DNA of 64,000 bases from Azolla caroliniana (Eukaryota > Plantae > Polypodiophyta), in the NCBI GenBank assembly GCA_043228905.1, contig JBHGNT010000001.1, positions 10,354,001 through 10,418,000 of the forward strand. Direction: 5' to 3'. Each line of letters starts with the position of its first letter. The first letter of the stretch is position 1. Positions 11,296 through 26,100 of the stretch are shown here, one piece after another. A model generated the notes under the pieces. The model was not told where the DNA came from. It searched no databases and was given only the letters and a program-made list of their open reading frames with translations. A program made the translations under genes and the position numbers.

Positions 11296-13513
11296 ATGGA
11301 GAACCAACAAGAAGTTTCGGAGCCACGAATCAACCAAGAAGTCATTGTGGAGCCACAAATCAACGTGGTGCTTCAAATGATTGAAAGAATGATGCATAAC
11401 CAAGAACGTGCAACTGCTCTTCAACGAATCGATCATGCTATTGACAAGCTTGTAGAGAAAATAGGTCTCTTTGAAGGTAAAAATATAACTAAATTCTTAC
11501 AAGTATATGTTATTGACATGGGTAGTAAAGGATTAAATCAACTTGATGTTCAGATGAATTTTGTGAGCATGGTTGAACTCCCTTTGAGAAATAGAGTCTC
11601 TGAACTCACAAAAAGTTCTAATGATTGGGTTGCATTTGAGCAAGCTTGATTAAATGAATACATGCTTGGTGATACAATCCGAGCATCAAGGAGGAATGTC
11701 TTGGATTGGGTGGACAAAGAGGACAAGAAGATTTCGGTGATGGAGTTGTTGAAAGAGCTTGAAGCTCGTTATAATCAATTAACGACGACAGAAAGGACTC
11801 TTTTGGAAGAAGAAAGGTCATATTATTCTTGAAGGCATCAGAACGATCCTATCGAGAAAAATTAGTTGCCTTCCTTGAAGAGTGGACTACACCCATTGGA
11901 CTAGTGTCTGATTGGAATCGAGTACATGAAGCTTGCAACAGAATCAGCAAAAGAGCCCAATGGTGTGAGGATCTTTCGATTGCTAGAGGTATGAAAGATG
12001 AAGTGAAGACAACCATCAAGGAGGATACTGGGAGTCCGTCAACTATTTCCAAGGTACCCGAATTAGTGATGGACGATCTTATAAAAGGTATAAAAGATCT
12101 TTCATTACATGTTGCAAAGCTACCAGAAGAAAAATCCTCACAACCCCAAAAAGATTATGAAAGAAGATGCATATGGTGTGATAGTGTCGACCATTCAAGA
12201 GGAGGGTGTGATAACTATCAAGAAGCGATAGAAAGAGGGGTGATATCAAAGATGGTAAGATTCATTCTTCTGAAACTCGATTACCTCTCCAAACTAACTT
12301 TAGAAGAGGTGGTATGAGAAGGATAATTGAAGACATGGAAATAACTAAGACACAAGCTGTGTATCAACCAACAACTACAGTCATCCATGTTGGTGAAGGA
12401 GGATCTGAATTTGAATTTTGGAAGTGTATTTTGAAAGCTGCAAGAAAGGGTAAAATCAAGTTGTAAAAGTTGAAGTCTGGAGGTGATGCTGTCTGAAGCA
12501 AAATTGGTTGGGAAGACCCAGTGGATGGCCTCTTAGCTTTCACCAAGGTTGCAACAACCCAAGCCCATGAAGTGATCATGGAAGAGAAACGTAAATGGGC
12601 GGAAAATGAAGATAACAAGAAGAGGGACCTAAGAAGCGCTAACAAGAGGGAGACAGAAAGTCCAAAAATGGTAAGCCCTGACATTGAAAAAGGTAAGGAT
12701 AAGAAGAGTCTCTCGTTCAAATTATTATCTGATATTGAACCTTCAACTGATTTAAAAAAAGTATTAGAAGAAAGAATTTTAGATAGCAAAGTGGAACTTT
12801 CCTTGAGGGAACTTTTGGGCATAGCTAAAAAAGAATTTCATGATGCAATAATAGATGGAATTAAAAGAAAACGACAAAGTATTGAAGCCGTCGAAAACCC
12901 AAGAAGTGAAGTAAAGAAAGCAACGGTGGAAGTCCTCAAAGCTTGCTCTTCCATTGTTGGTACACAAGCTATTACGACAACAACTTTTGAAGAGAAGCTG
13001 AAAGAGCTAAAAAGCTACTATGCTAAGAAACATTGGGCAAGAGCAACAACTAAGACACCCGTGCAGATTGAAAACCTTGAAGATTCGGTCGTGGCCTTAA
13101 TTGACCACGGCTCAGGAATTAATCTAATTTCTTATGATGTTTATAGGAAAGGCGGATGGCCAATGGAAACGAATCATGGGTGGAGGGTAAAATTGGCTAA
13201 TTCAACGACCGAGCAACTTCATGGAGCTTGCCCAAACATCAAAGTCACCATTGGAGATGTGCCAATGGAGCAACATTTCTTTATCCAAAAGACCTCGTCA
13301 TACCTAGTGATTCTTGGTCAACCATATATCACATCTTCTAGGATGGAGACGAAGGTGCTTGAAGATGGCTTGACATATGCTAGAATTCGGAATACTGATG
13401 GTAAAAGGAGTGTTCAATTTCTTACTGTTAGGCAGTAGCATGATAGAAATAAAGAAGAATTACGAATTAACTCATGTGAGCATGATATGTCATCTTATGA
13501 GTTGGATTTTTAA
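11296..13513 (+). pseudogene. gag: Element D gag-protease
   Basis: ORFs 11296-11649, 11829-12317 (CIWCDSVDHSRGGC), 12521-13438 (ALIDHGS protease, ILG); frame ends at GAT TTT TAA 13505-13513. Confidence 0.88.
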
Positions 13514-16500
13514 ATAGGATCATTGATGGGTAGGGACACAATGGTCCCAAAGCTTTTCTTTCCTTGCAAAAATGTTTTCCAATTAATAAAACAATCAATA
13601 CTTTGTCTAATACAATGGATGGATTTACCTATTACTTTGGTGTGGAAAGTCATGCACAAAATAAAGGGAGCAGGAAGATGTTGGATGCATTGTGCACTTC
13701 AGGGATGATTGAAAGGGATGACATAATTTTTGGTATGTTTCTTGAATATTCAAATGTGGATACAATCAGAATATTAGAAAATTGCTTGAATGAGAAAGAA
13801 CGCGACAAGAGATTTGTTCATGTAAATTCTATTGATATGTACCTTCATATTGCTGAGTTTATTGAAAAAAATGGTTGTATAGCTAATAGTGAAATAGTTG
13901 GCAATAGCTATCATGAAATGGCTAAAAAAGCAAGTAAAAATAACTATGCAATAAAAGTTAACACTAAATATAAAACAATAGACAAAAAGGTCAAGCCCGT
14001 GCCATGCATCTACTTATGGATAGTACTGAAATGAAAAAGAATGTCGTGTTTGAGCCAACATTGCGGGATTTTAAGGATATTGGTCATAAGTTTACAAATG
14101 CTACTCTAGATCAACTAAAAATTGGTGAGAATGATTTTCTTTTGCCTGTTGAGATACAATGTTTTCGAAATATGATTGCTAGTCATGGGAAAGCATTTGC
14201 ATTTGAGCCGAGTGAAATTGGTTGTGTAGACCCAACAATTGTGGAACCAATGATTATATTTACAGTTCTGCATATTCCTTGGAATTTAAGGCCTATCCCT
14301 CTTCCTCGGGCCCAAATACCGCAAGTAATAGCTTTGCTTAAGGAAAAAATAGAATTGGGTATCTTGGAGCCATCAGATGCCCCCTACTCGAATAAGTGGT
14401 TTACTGTACCTAAAAAGAACGGTTCATTAAGGTTCATTCAGGATTTATAGCCTGTCAATAGAGTTACTATTTGAAACATCGGTGTTGAACCGATTGTAGA
14501 TGCCTTTGCAGAAGCTTTCGCAGGAAGAGCTATATATTCTATGTGTGATTTGTATTCAGGATATGATCAATTTCAGCTTGCTATTGATAGTTATGATATA
14601 ACTACTATAAGAACACCAATTGGATTGATGCGAATGTGTACATTGCCTCAAGGTGCTACAAATTTTGTAGCACATATGGTGAATGCTATGAATAAAATTT
14701 TAAGAGATTTTGTGCCAAAAATACCTATGCCTTTTCTAGATGATGTTCCAATTAAAGGATGCTCGATGAATAAGAAGGATGAAAAACTCATGCCGAACGG
14801 ATGTAGAAAGTTTGTTGTAGACCACATTGATGCTTGTGAAAGAATCGTTTCAAGGTTAGAAGAGGTTCATCTTACATTTTCAGGTTAAAAATCTATGTTT
14901 GGGGTTCTCGATGTTCTGATTGTAGGGCACATGTGTGGACCCTACGGAAGAGAGCCATCCCCAATTAAGGTAAATGCAATTCAAAATCTAAAGGATGATT
15001 GTAAATCTCTAATAGAAGTGCGTAGGTTTTTGGGTGCTTGTGTGTTTTACCGAATTTGGATTCCACATTTTGCACATGTGGCTGATCCGCTTTATGGGTT
15101 GCTTAAGAAGAATTCAAGTTTCCTTTGGACTAATGTACATACAAATGCAATTCACCAACTAAAGGAAATGTTGTTGAATGCCCCTGTTTTACGGAAGGCT
15201 AGGTACGATAGTGAACACCCCATCATTGTTACTGTGGATACAAATCCAATCGGGATCGGTTGGGCTGTTAGCCAAGAAGAGAAGGATGGGTTGAGATATG
15301 CAGTTCGATGTGGTGCAAAAATCTTAACAGAACACCAAAGAGCTTACCCACAGATTAAAAGAGAGTTATGGGGTATGTTAACAACTATTAAAACAAATCG
15401 TGAATACTTAATTGGTGCTGAAGTTGTGGTTGAAACAAATTGTCGTCCATTGCTAGGAATGATTTCAAGTTGTGAAACATTTGATATAGCTATGCTTAGA
15501 TGGATAGCTTACATAACATCACTATGTCTTGAAATCAAGCACATTGCAGGAACGGATAACCCAGTTGCCGATATGCTCTCAAGAGCGAGGTTTAAAGGTA
15601 AAAATACTATGGTAATGACTGATGAAGAAGATGAGAGTTTTGATTTCTTTTCCATAAATTGTAACTTGAAGGGGTCATGTGATTTGGGTGTTCATGTTAT
15701 TCTTCGTGAATCTGAGTATGAGGGGGAGATGTTACAAATTGGAAAATACTTGAGTATTCACGAGAAAGATGGAACATGGTCAAGGGAGCTATTTCATAAA
15801 ATAAGAAAGAAAGCTTATAAATTTTTTCTTCATGAGGGATATCTTTGGAGACATCCAAAAGTTGTGAAAGGGATCCCGCAAAGAGTGGTTTGAAGAAGGG
15901 AAGAGCAAAAAAAACTAATATTTGAATTTCATGATACTTTATGGGCAGGTCATCGTGGAGTTTGGGCCACCTACTCGAAATTAAAAGAGAAGTTTTGGTG
16001 GGCTAGAATGTACAATGATGTTGCAGATTATGTACAATCGTGTGAGAACTACCAAATGTATTCGAATATTTGGCATCATGATGGGTTGCAACCTACTTAT
16101 TCTTTATCTCTACATTATAAATGGGTTGTGGATATTGTAATGATGCTTGTGGGGGTTTGGCAAATGAGATATCTGTATTGGCAAGAGAAGATTTAACAAA
16201 TCAAGTGGAAGGCCGAGCCCTACGCCAAAAAACCACTTCAGTTGTTTGTAAGTTCCTTCTTGAAGATGTGATCTGTAGGTACGGGTGCGTTGGGAAGATT
16301 GTTGCAGACAGAGGAGAACTAGATTCTGACGAAGCTGAACAATTTTTTTCAAGAATGGGAATTCTACTGTCCTTAACTACGGCATATAATCCTGAAGCTA
16401 ATGGGAAGGTTGAGCGTGGACATAACCCTATAGTAAAAGCTTTGGTGAAAGCTTGTGATGGAAAGATAGCTAACTGGCCTCATCTGTTACCGTATGCACT

Positions 16501-17050
16501 ATGGGCTGACCACACTACTCACAGTTCCGTAACTGACTTTATGCCATCAGAATTGATACTTGGTCAAAAACCAATTATTCCAGTAGAGCAATCGGTATTT
16601 TCCTGGGTTGCCTTGCCATGGGTAGATGAAATAAGTCGAGAAGATTTGCTTGCTCTTAGAATAAGACAACTATAAAGAAGGGGTGAAGATGTTCAAATAG
16701 CTATGGAAAGGATGAAACAATGTCGACTATGGAACAAAGAAAGATTTGATAAAACCCATCACCTTCGACCAAGAAAGCTCCAAGAAGGTGATTGGGTCAT
16801 AGTTTATGATAGCAGCTTGGATAACCAACATAGTACTTCTTGCAAATTTGCCAAAAGATGGTTCGGGTCATATATCATTAGACAACTGAATAAAAATGCA
16901 ACGTATGTCCTAACTGAAATGGATGGAGTTGCTTAAAAGTTACCAATTGTAGGAAAGCAAATTAAGCTATTCAAGAGAAGGGAAGATCAAAGCACTAACT
17001 TCCTCAACGAAGATGACATCCATGAAGCTGAAGAAGGACACATTCGTTGG
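13504..17050 (+). pseudogene. pol: Element D RT, RNase H, integrase
   Basis: DLYSGYDQF, LPQGATN, PFLDDVPIKG, VTVDTNPIGIG, IVADRGE, YNPEANGKVER, KRWFGSY. Confidence 0.93.
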
Positions 17051-17869
17051 CGCATACCAGAGGATGCGTAGGTCTAGAGAGGGAGGATGTCTTGACGTTT
17101 CCATGCCACGATGAGAAAATAACCTCTACCAATTTATATGAGCTTATTCAAATCTTTGTAAAAGGTTATATAGAGTGTGAGGCCTCGATGAATAGGAGCG
17201 TGTGGGGGTTTATGTGTCGTGAAGGATTTGCTTCATGATAGAAAAATAAACTAAAATATTGTATTGAATAACATTTGAGAGACTTGAACCCACAACCTCA
17301 CATACCAAACACAAGACACATGGGTAAAAGCATGCGAGTGGAAACACTATTATAGCTAATTAGCTACTAAAATGGCCATAGCTAATTAGCTATTTGTTTA
17401 GCTAGTTTTTTTTGTGGGAAAATCAAATATTTGAAAAACTAATTTATGAAAAAACTCAAATATTTGAACTTCTGTTTCAGACGTAGTGGAACTTGGGGAA
17501 TAGCACCATCATCTAAGGTCGACTTCAATGTCATCAATTTCCTGTTTAGCCTAAGTCTGATTTTGAACGCAGATGGAGTACTCAGAGCACGAACGCAGAC
17601 GTAGCTCCCGCAACAGCAGAAAATCGACATTGCAGATTGAGAGCTACAACACAGAACCCGCTCGATCATCGTCCAGGTATGTTTCAGTTACAAAAACCCC
17701 AAACATTTGTTTTTTCTTTTTGACTACTGTCTAAACTTTGGTGCCGATTCATATTTCCCCAAAATCGAATAGGGCGAAGTCCTTGGAGTCCCATACAAGG
17801 ATGTCTCGCAAATAAGGGAGTAGCAACATGTGTGTTTATATTACTTTTTTTGTGTTTAATCTTGTCTTT

Positions 17870-18410
17870 AGTGATGATTGGGGTTTCTGATTGAATTTTC
17901 TGATTAGGGTTTTTGTTTATAAATTTCTGATTAGGGTTTGTGATTGAAATTTTTGATTGAAATTTTTTATTAGGGTTTTTGATTATAAATTTCTGATTAG
18001 AATTTCTGAATAGGGTTTCTGGTTACAAATTTTGATTACAGATTAGAATTTCTGAATAGGGTTTTTGTTTATAAATTTCTATTTAGGATTTCTGATTAGG
18101 GTTTGTGATTGAAATTTCTGATTAGGGTTTTTGATTGAAATTTCTGATTAGGGTTTTTGATTATAAATTTCTGATTAGAATTTTTGAATAAGGTTTCTGG
18201 TTACAAACTTCTGATTACAGATTTTGATTAGGGTTTCTGATTTCAAACTTCTGATTACAGATTTTGATTAGGGTTTCTGATTTCAAATTTCTGAATACAA
18301 ATTATGATTAGGGTTTCTGATTTGCTAAGTTAAAGATTTTGCACCATTTTTGTTGTTGTTGATTGGGGTTTCTGATTCTCACATATTCTGATTTTGCACT
18401 ATTTTTGATT
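17870..18410 (+). repeat. Degenerate array containing TTAGGGTTT (telo-box-like) in cargo intron 1
   Basis: Repeated (TTTCT)GATTAGGGTTT units. Confidence 0.8.
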
Positions 18411-19769
18411 TCTGAAATGATATTTCAGATGGCTCGTTCCTTCGTACACGAGAGTGCTAAACTTCGCAAAATTTTGCGAGACAAAGGAGGACTTCCACAA
18501 CACCTATGGTCTGTCACTCGAGGGTGTTGACCCTGCTGTCCTAAGTGATAAATTGATCAGTGATGTAGACTGGATGATAGTATATACGGTGCCTAGAGTC
18601 AAAGGCAAGGTCAAGCTGAAGCATGTACGAGCTGACTTGTACGATGACTGCATGAGACTGCACCAGAAAGTTCATTAGGAGATCCCAGTCAACAACGAGT
18701 TGTCAGTTTCATTTGCTAGAGCATTTGCATATGAGTACTGCAAAACAACGAAGGAATCTAGAGACCCTGAAATGTATAGGGTAGCTTGGGCAGTCTATGG
18801 TGAGGCATCGGTAAAAAGATGCCGAAAGATGGGGACCTTGGCACAAAAAATAGACAGATTTTGGAGCATGGCAGCTGTTGATGCAACTGCCGACTCCCAG
18901 CAAGACCAGGGGCATACACCACACCGACACCCAAGGAAAGCCAATGTCGATGATACAGGTGAGACATTGGTTAGCTATATGCAGAAAAATGTCCATGAAG
19001 CCTGTGAGACATTGGCATTTTTTAAGACTGATTTAGAGAAAGCCACAATGGCTTCTGCAATGGAGAGCAAAGTTACTTCCGCTGTTACAACGATTAGAAA
19101 TAAGATTCAGGTAACTATTGTTTTGTTGGTATGTGATTGTGTTATAAATAACTTTAAGGGTAAAATGTGCTAATCAAACATTATCTGGAATAGGTTGCGC
19201 AACAGGAGCTTGAATTAGAGGGGCCACTGGATCCCCAGCGTAAAATACAACTGCAAATAGAGATCCAGGTTCTTTCAATGAACCTGGACCTTCTAGGTGT
19301 AAATACTGTTGCAGATTACAATTTGGATAAGCTTCAAGTAAGTTAACGATTCCTGACCAAAGTTGGTGTATCTTTCAACAACAGGAATAATTAATCGGTA
19401 AATTTCTCTGTTGCGTTGAAGGAACAATACATTCATCAAGAACAGGTAGTTAGCTGCCTTAAGAAGCAACTACCTTTTGTGGAGGGAATGGTAAGGACCA
19501 GACAGGATTTGGACCTGAACATTCTTGCTCCCTTACCAAATGAAGTAGAACCAGAAAATGATTTATTGACAGTTCAAGCACGTTGCATCGCTTGCGGGTT
19601 AGGTGTGGAGGACAAAACTGCGTCTTTGTTGGTTCACTTACAACAATGCAACCACACATACCATCTACTTTGTTTTTTCAACATGCCCGTCGAATTGCTG
19701 CATTCTGTTTGGGAGATTGCAGTACAACTCTACCAAATGAGTGGAGAAAACTAACAGGTATACCATACT

Positions 19770-20997
19770 GTAGCTAATAAGCTTAGTCTTTTCTAATTAG
19801 ATATCCTACTAGCTAATTAGCTACTGGCAGCTAATGAGCTACTAGCTAATTAGCTATCCTAGTAACTAATTAGCTATGGTACTAGCTAATTAGCTAGTAC
19901 CATAGTTGTGTAAAAAAGCTAATTAGCTATCCTATTAGCTAATTAGCTACTGGCAACTAATTAGCTATCCTAGTAGCTAATTAGCTATCCTACTAGCTAA
20001 TTAGCTACTCCCATAGTTGTGTAAAGTAGCTAATAAGCTATCCTAGTAGCTATTTAGCTACTAGCAGCTAATTAGCTATCCTAGTAGCTAATTAGCTATG
20101 GTACTAGCTAATTAGCTAGTACAATAGTTGTGTAAAAAAGCTAATTAGCTATCCTACTAGCTAATTAGCTACTGGCAACTAATTATCTATCCTAGTAGCT
20201 AATTAGCTACTGGCAACTAATTAGCTATCCTACTAGCTAATAAGCTATGGTATTAGCTAATTAGCTAGTACAATAGTTGTGTAAAAAAGCTAATTATCTA
20301 TCCTACTAGCTAATTAGCTACTGGCAACTAATTATCTATCCTACTAGCTAATTAGCTATCCTAGTAGCTAATTAGCTATCCTAGTAGCTAATTAGCTATC
20401 CTAGTAGCTAATTAGCTACTGGCAACTAATTAGCTATCCTACTAGCTAATTAGCTATCATAGTAGCTAATTAGCTACTGCCATAGTTGTGTAAAGTAGCT
20501 AATAAGCTATCCTAGTAGCTAATTAGCTACTGACAGCTAATTAGCTATCCTAGTAGCTAATAAGCTATCCTAGCTACTACATAGTTGAGAAAGTAGCTAA
20601 TTAGCTATCCTAGCTACTACCATAGTTAGTAAAGTAGCTAATTAGCTATCCTAGCTACTACCATAGTTAGTAAAGTAGCTAATTAGCTATCCTAGCTACT
20701 ACCATAGTTGACTAAAGTAGCTAATTAGCTATCCTAGCTACTACCATAGTTGAGTAAAGTAGCTAATTAGCTATCCTAGCTACTACCATAGTTGAGTAAA
20801 GTAGCTAATTAGCTACCATAGTAGCTAATTAGCTATCCTAGCTACTACCATAGTTGAGTAAAGTAGCTAATTAGCTATCATACTAGATAATTAGCTATCG
20901 TACTAGCTAATTAGCTATCCTAATTAGCTATTGTACTAGCTAATTAGCTATCCTAGCTTCTATCATAGTTTAGTAAAGTAGCTAATTAGCTATCCTA
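19770..20997. repeat. Array of palindromic TAGCTAATTAGCTA units (18-20 bp period plus higher-order units) in cargo intron 4
   Basis: Directly visible; dozens of copies. Confidence 0.97.
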
Positions 20998-23129
20998 AAT
21001 AGTTGCCATGTTATTGTAGAATCTTGTGGATTAAGGACGACACATGATGTGTCTGGTGCTGATGACGCTGCAACAGATGAGGATACTGCTGCCAACGTGG
21101 CTGAAAGTAAGAGTCCTGCTATCACATCTCCTTCAGATAAGCTCCACCCTATTCTTTTGGAACAGTGTACTGAATTAGGCAACGATGTGAAATGCCATGA
21201 AATAGTGGAAACAACATGTAAAACTGAGGTTCACAACAACAGTGTTTATGAACACTTGATGCAACATTTCTTCGAATCTCAAGACCTTGATTCCACCCCA
21301 CCGAGCCCAACTACTGAAAATGTCCAAACAGATCCCTTTGTACTTGAAAAGCTAGTTCAAGAAACGGCTGATGTGCAATTAGCTACTGAGGCGATGGGAA
21401 GGTTGTCGGAGGAGGACACACTTGCGCATTGGGTGAAAGAAGCAAGGCTAAATGGGGAACCGACCAGAAAAAGGCTGAAGAAGGGGCCACGATCGGGAAC
21501 AAGACCAGTTACTCGGTCAAGGGGCCCAGACATAGTGGAGCGAAATACTGTTTAGTTGGATATGATTGTTAGCTTAGGGATTTTGCTAGGGTTTTATGAA
21601 GTTTTACTATCCTGTTGGACAAGTAAAACCTCAGATTGGTTGTTGCTTGATCCACATTATGTAATGGAACTCTATGATGTTTTTCCAAGATAATTTGAAG
21701 AGTGTTGTTCTATGACTGAAACTCTTTGATGTTCAGAATGTTGTTTTGTGAGACTGTTAGTTACTTTGTGAGTGTGAATATGTTGGTGTTTTCTGATGTT
21801 GCAGAGTCTAAAGGGTTTGATTCTATTGCTCGTAAGGCCAATGGCAATGTGGATACTGTTGATGTTGTGGCATGTTTAAAGGGCCCCATCTTGAAAGTAG
21901 ATGTAGCAACTGACACAAGTGATCTGGTCACACAAGTTGATCAAGCATGTTGCACGGATGACTTGGTGTTGTAGGTAGATGCAACATGTGATACCAGTGG
22001 ATTGATATCAAGCAGATCAGTAGCTACATGCACCGAGGTAATCCAAGGATTGATAACTAAGTCGACAAAACAAGAGCACCAGAATGTGAAGCCAGGCCCA
22101 ACACAGTCGACTAGGGGTTTGAAGAGGAAAAGGACGCCAGTTGTGTCGGCTGAACCTGAGCTGATTGAGATTGATCGTATCCTACTAGAAAATGGTGTAA
22201 TAGCGGCTCAGTTTCAGGAATGGAAACCTAAACCACTAGAAGTCGAAAGAAGAGCCTTGATCTTGGAGCTTGATAAAGTCTTGATGAGTGTGAGATATAT
22301 GCAGCCAAGGAGGGACGCGAATCAGTTTCTAGAGTGGGCTGTGCAATACTTTGATTTGTTTATTTGGAGTGAAAAACCAAAATCAGATGTGTGGAAGTGT
22401 TTGGCAAGATTCTTCCCAAAATGGCGAAGTCGTTTTAAAGGTCAATGGGCACGAGAAAATTGTGAGCAAATGGAACCTGCAAGATTCAAGAGACTTTCTG
22501 ATTTTTGGGCTACTTGGCCTGAATATAATGCCGACAATACATTGATTTTGGATACAGAACATTTCCGGCACTAGTTCAATATTCGGAGATGCTGTCTCAT
22601 TCTACCTGAGGAAATGCCTGAACAGTACCTGGTGCAAACAGTGAGCTGCCAACTAGGTGCATGGTTGTGGACTCCATACCGAGCTCGATATGCGGATAAT
22701 ATATGTAGACTCGTTCCACTGACTAGCAAGAGCTTAGATGTTTATAGGAGATTTGTAGACATTTCCAATGGTAATTTATAAATATGTAAAGAGATGACAT
22801 TATTCAATGAAGAATTTAATTACTTGTTCCCACTATACTTATCTACTGTGTAATTTGAGGAATATGTTGCAGATTGTTGATTTCATGCTATTGATGACTA
22901 TTTAACTATTGACAGCTAATTAGCTGCATTTGTACAACTAATTAGCTACTGATGACTATTTCGCTATAACTTATAACTTAAAACTTAACAAAAAAGACAT
23001 GATTTTATTGAGAAAGAAGCATAGAAAGCAGACTGTATACAAGAAATTGATTCTCAAACGAATTTATTTAACTGTTTTCGCGAAATACATGTTTGTTTTA
23101 CAAGAGAACATGGTAAGTGCTACTTGTAG

Positions 23130-26100
23130 CTACAAATTCCATGGCATACTATTGTAAATACATTCATACACATTAGCACCAACAGTGTATAAACCCGAGC
23201 AGCTATTGTATTCTGACATTGGGACGTTGATGCACTTGACCAAATGAGAGTACATGTACGCCGTTGGTTTGTCTTCTAACAGCCTGCACACATATTCGTA
23301 GTCATCTAGTTTTGCATAAAAAATGCCTTCGATGTAGAATGTCCCGGCAGATACAAAATTTCCCCATGCATCTACAATATTCTTCCTTGCACACTGTTTA
23401 CTAACTGTGCACTTTAATATATAGAAATCAGCACCCTCTGAATTGCCTTCTTCAACATTTACAGCGAAGTTATCCCCAACGTTCAGGACATCACTCAAAG
23501 TATCTCCAAGTCCCTCATATGTGAAGTCAGCATTCTGCCCAGTTTCTCCATCAACTGCTTCCTTATCATTCAGAGTGTGATACTCCCAATTCTGAATGTA
23601 TGCTTTGTTTAGACAATATCTCCAATTTCCCTGCACACAATGGAAGCAAAAACAAGTCAATTCTCTAACCGCAATACAATGACCATCCAACCTGGAATAA
23701 CCGCGAACAACATGCAGAGATCGCAATTCGGGAATTCCTTGGCACTCCCAGGTCTTCTCCCTATTTACTTCATCTATCTTCACTTCCCAAAATTCACGTT
23801 TGATATCTCGAACTTGCGAGGAATAAACACCTGTGGCACTCGTTGACATATTTGTTCTTAAAAATTCAACTACATGTGATGCACAATTCATGTGCACACC
23901 ATCTGTCTTTAGTTGTTCATGGGTAAGTGCCCGCTTTATAATAGCCCCTGCACCATCATGTTCACCTTTACCGTGGCCAAACCCAAAAAAATTCCATCTC
24001 ATCTCCAAACCTGTTATGGCAGGATACCTCCCCACAAAATAAAATGGACGTCAAGCCTTGAATTGTGACGTAGCTCCGTCAGACCAGACCCAATGTTGAG
24101 TAAGCTCCAAACGTTGAGCTAATAACCACTGCCAATGTAACTTAAAACAGTGTTGGATGAACAAGGTATCATGCTTCTTATCATCGGAAATAAAGAAATG
24201 AATTACTTTTTTAACATCACCTGAAACTCGAAAATATGTTATGTGCACAAAAATGGTTACCTGAACTGAACACCAATGCATAGATTGAATTTCATTCTGC
24301 TGCTTGAAAGTATAATTCTCTGCGAAATCTACTACTGAGACTACTACATCATTTGGGAAATCAGATATGCAAGTCTTAAACTGATGGGCTTGCCATGAAT
24401 AAATGAAGTTGTGTTTAATGAACTTTCCTAGATATACTACAAACAGAGACACCAAATCCCTTGGTTTAAGCATCTTCCGAACTAGATCCTTTCTTTTACA
24501 CACCTTTCCTTCGAAATTGGTGTTCACTGACTCAAAGAACTTCACAGAGATCAATATTTCACTACTCAATTCATTTGGACACCACCTAAATCTAGTAGGG
24601 CCACAATCTTGACATAAACCCATGACACATTTATGAATATGGAAGATAGCGTCAATTTCTCTCGGATACAATATTGAATCTAATAAATAACTCATGGAAG
24701 AGATAACGTGCTCAGATGATTTACACTCCTCTTGCGGGCTTGATCGACAGATTGGGCACCCACATGTGCAAACTGTATTAGTTAGGGATGCGCTATGGTG
24801 ACGTAGTAGATTAACAGAGTCCTTCAGAAAACCCATCTGGTAAATGCAACAACATGTGTATCGATCCTTTAAGCGTCTCACAAAGTGTGGCTTAAGAGAC
24901 TCGAATGTTCGTAGTTGAACTTTGATAGTTGGATGCATTCGTTTGAACCTAATAAATAAATCGACCTGCGTAATAAAGGGGAATTAGTTATTCTCGTAAC
25001 TAGCTAACTATCCTAGTAGCTAATTAGCTATTCTAGTAGCTAATTAGTTATTCTAGTAGCTTATTAGCTATCCTAGTAGCTAATTAGTTGTTCTAGTAGC
25101 TAATTAGCTATCATGGTAGCTAATTAGCTATTCTAGTAGCTAATTAGCTATCATGGTAGCTAATTAGCTGGTCTAGTAGCTAATTAGCTTTCCTAGTAAC
25201 TAATTAGCTATCATGGTAGCTAATTAGCTGGTCTAGTAGCTAATTAGCTATCATGGTAGCTAATTAGCTATAATGGTGGCTAATTAGCTGTCCTAACTAA
25301 TTAGCTATCATGGTAGCAAATTACTTGGTCTAGTAGCTAATTAGCTATCACGGTGGCTAATTAGCTATCCTAGTAAGCTAATTACCTGTCATGGTAGCTA
25401 ATTAGCTTTCCTAGTAGCTAATTAGCTGGTAATAACGAAATAGCTAACTAGCTACCAGTACAACTAATTATCTGGTAGTACCTAAATTAGCTATTGAGAA
25501 TAACTAATTAGCTATCATGGTAGTAGCTATTGAGAGTAGCCAGTTACCTATGTAGTAGCTATCCTAGTAGCTAATTAGCTATCATGGTAGCTAATTAGCT
25601 TTCCTAGTAGCTAATTAGTTGGTAATAACGAAATAGCTAACTAGCTACCAGTACAGCTAATTATCTAGTAGTACCTAAATTAGCTATTGAGAATAGCTAA
25701 TTAGCTATCATGGTAGTAGCTATTGAGAGTAGCTAGTTACCTATGTAGTAGCTATCCTAGTAGCTAACTGAGGTAAATGTAACTGATAAGCTAATTAGCT
25801 TTTCTGCTAACTGAGCTAATTAACTTTCCGTGTAGAGTCAAAACAAATGTTGAGATAAATGTAAATACCTGAGGTACATCAAGAAGATGAATGGGATGCT
25901 CCTCGTATTGATTTCTTCCAACACGTTTCCTGCATAAATCCTTTTTATTGGGTGAAGCCCTACTCTCATTAGTCCAAAACATTGTGATTACATCCTTGAT
26001 TTCAAATGTTATGGGTGTCATTGGCTTACATCTTGTAGTTAGCTTTAGTAGACTAGTTCCTTCATTCGAGGAAATTATACGGTTCATTGTATTGTACACT

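Larger units (their letters stand above)
17573..22790 (+). pseudogene. Spliced cargo gene: unknown N-terminal domain, coiled coil, RING-H2, acidic linker, FCP1/NIF-like HAD domain
   Basis: Frame-preserving GT-AG exons 17573-17676, 18429-19110, 19194-19337, 19422-19757, 21020-(uncertain), 21805-22790; CIAC..CNHTYHLLC..C..C; LILELDKVL, FLEWAVQYFDLFIWS, YNADNTLILD; TAG stops at 18676, 21972, 22572 and one frameshift near 19675. Confidence 0.72.

Noticed and set aside
17573-22790. Host gene call for the RING/FCP1-like gene
   Set aside because: Lies wholly inside an insert splitting an LTR and shares motif arrays with the transposase; it is cargo
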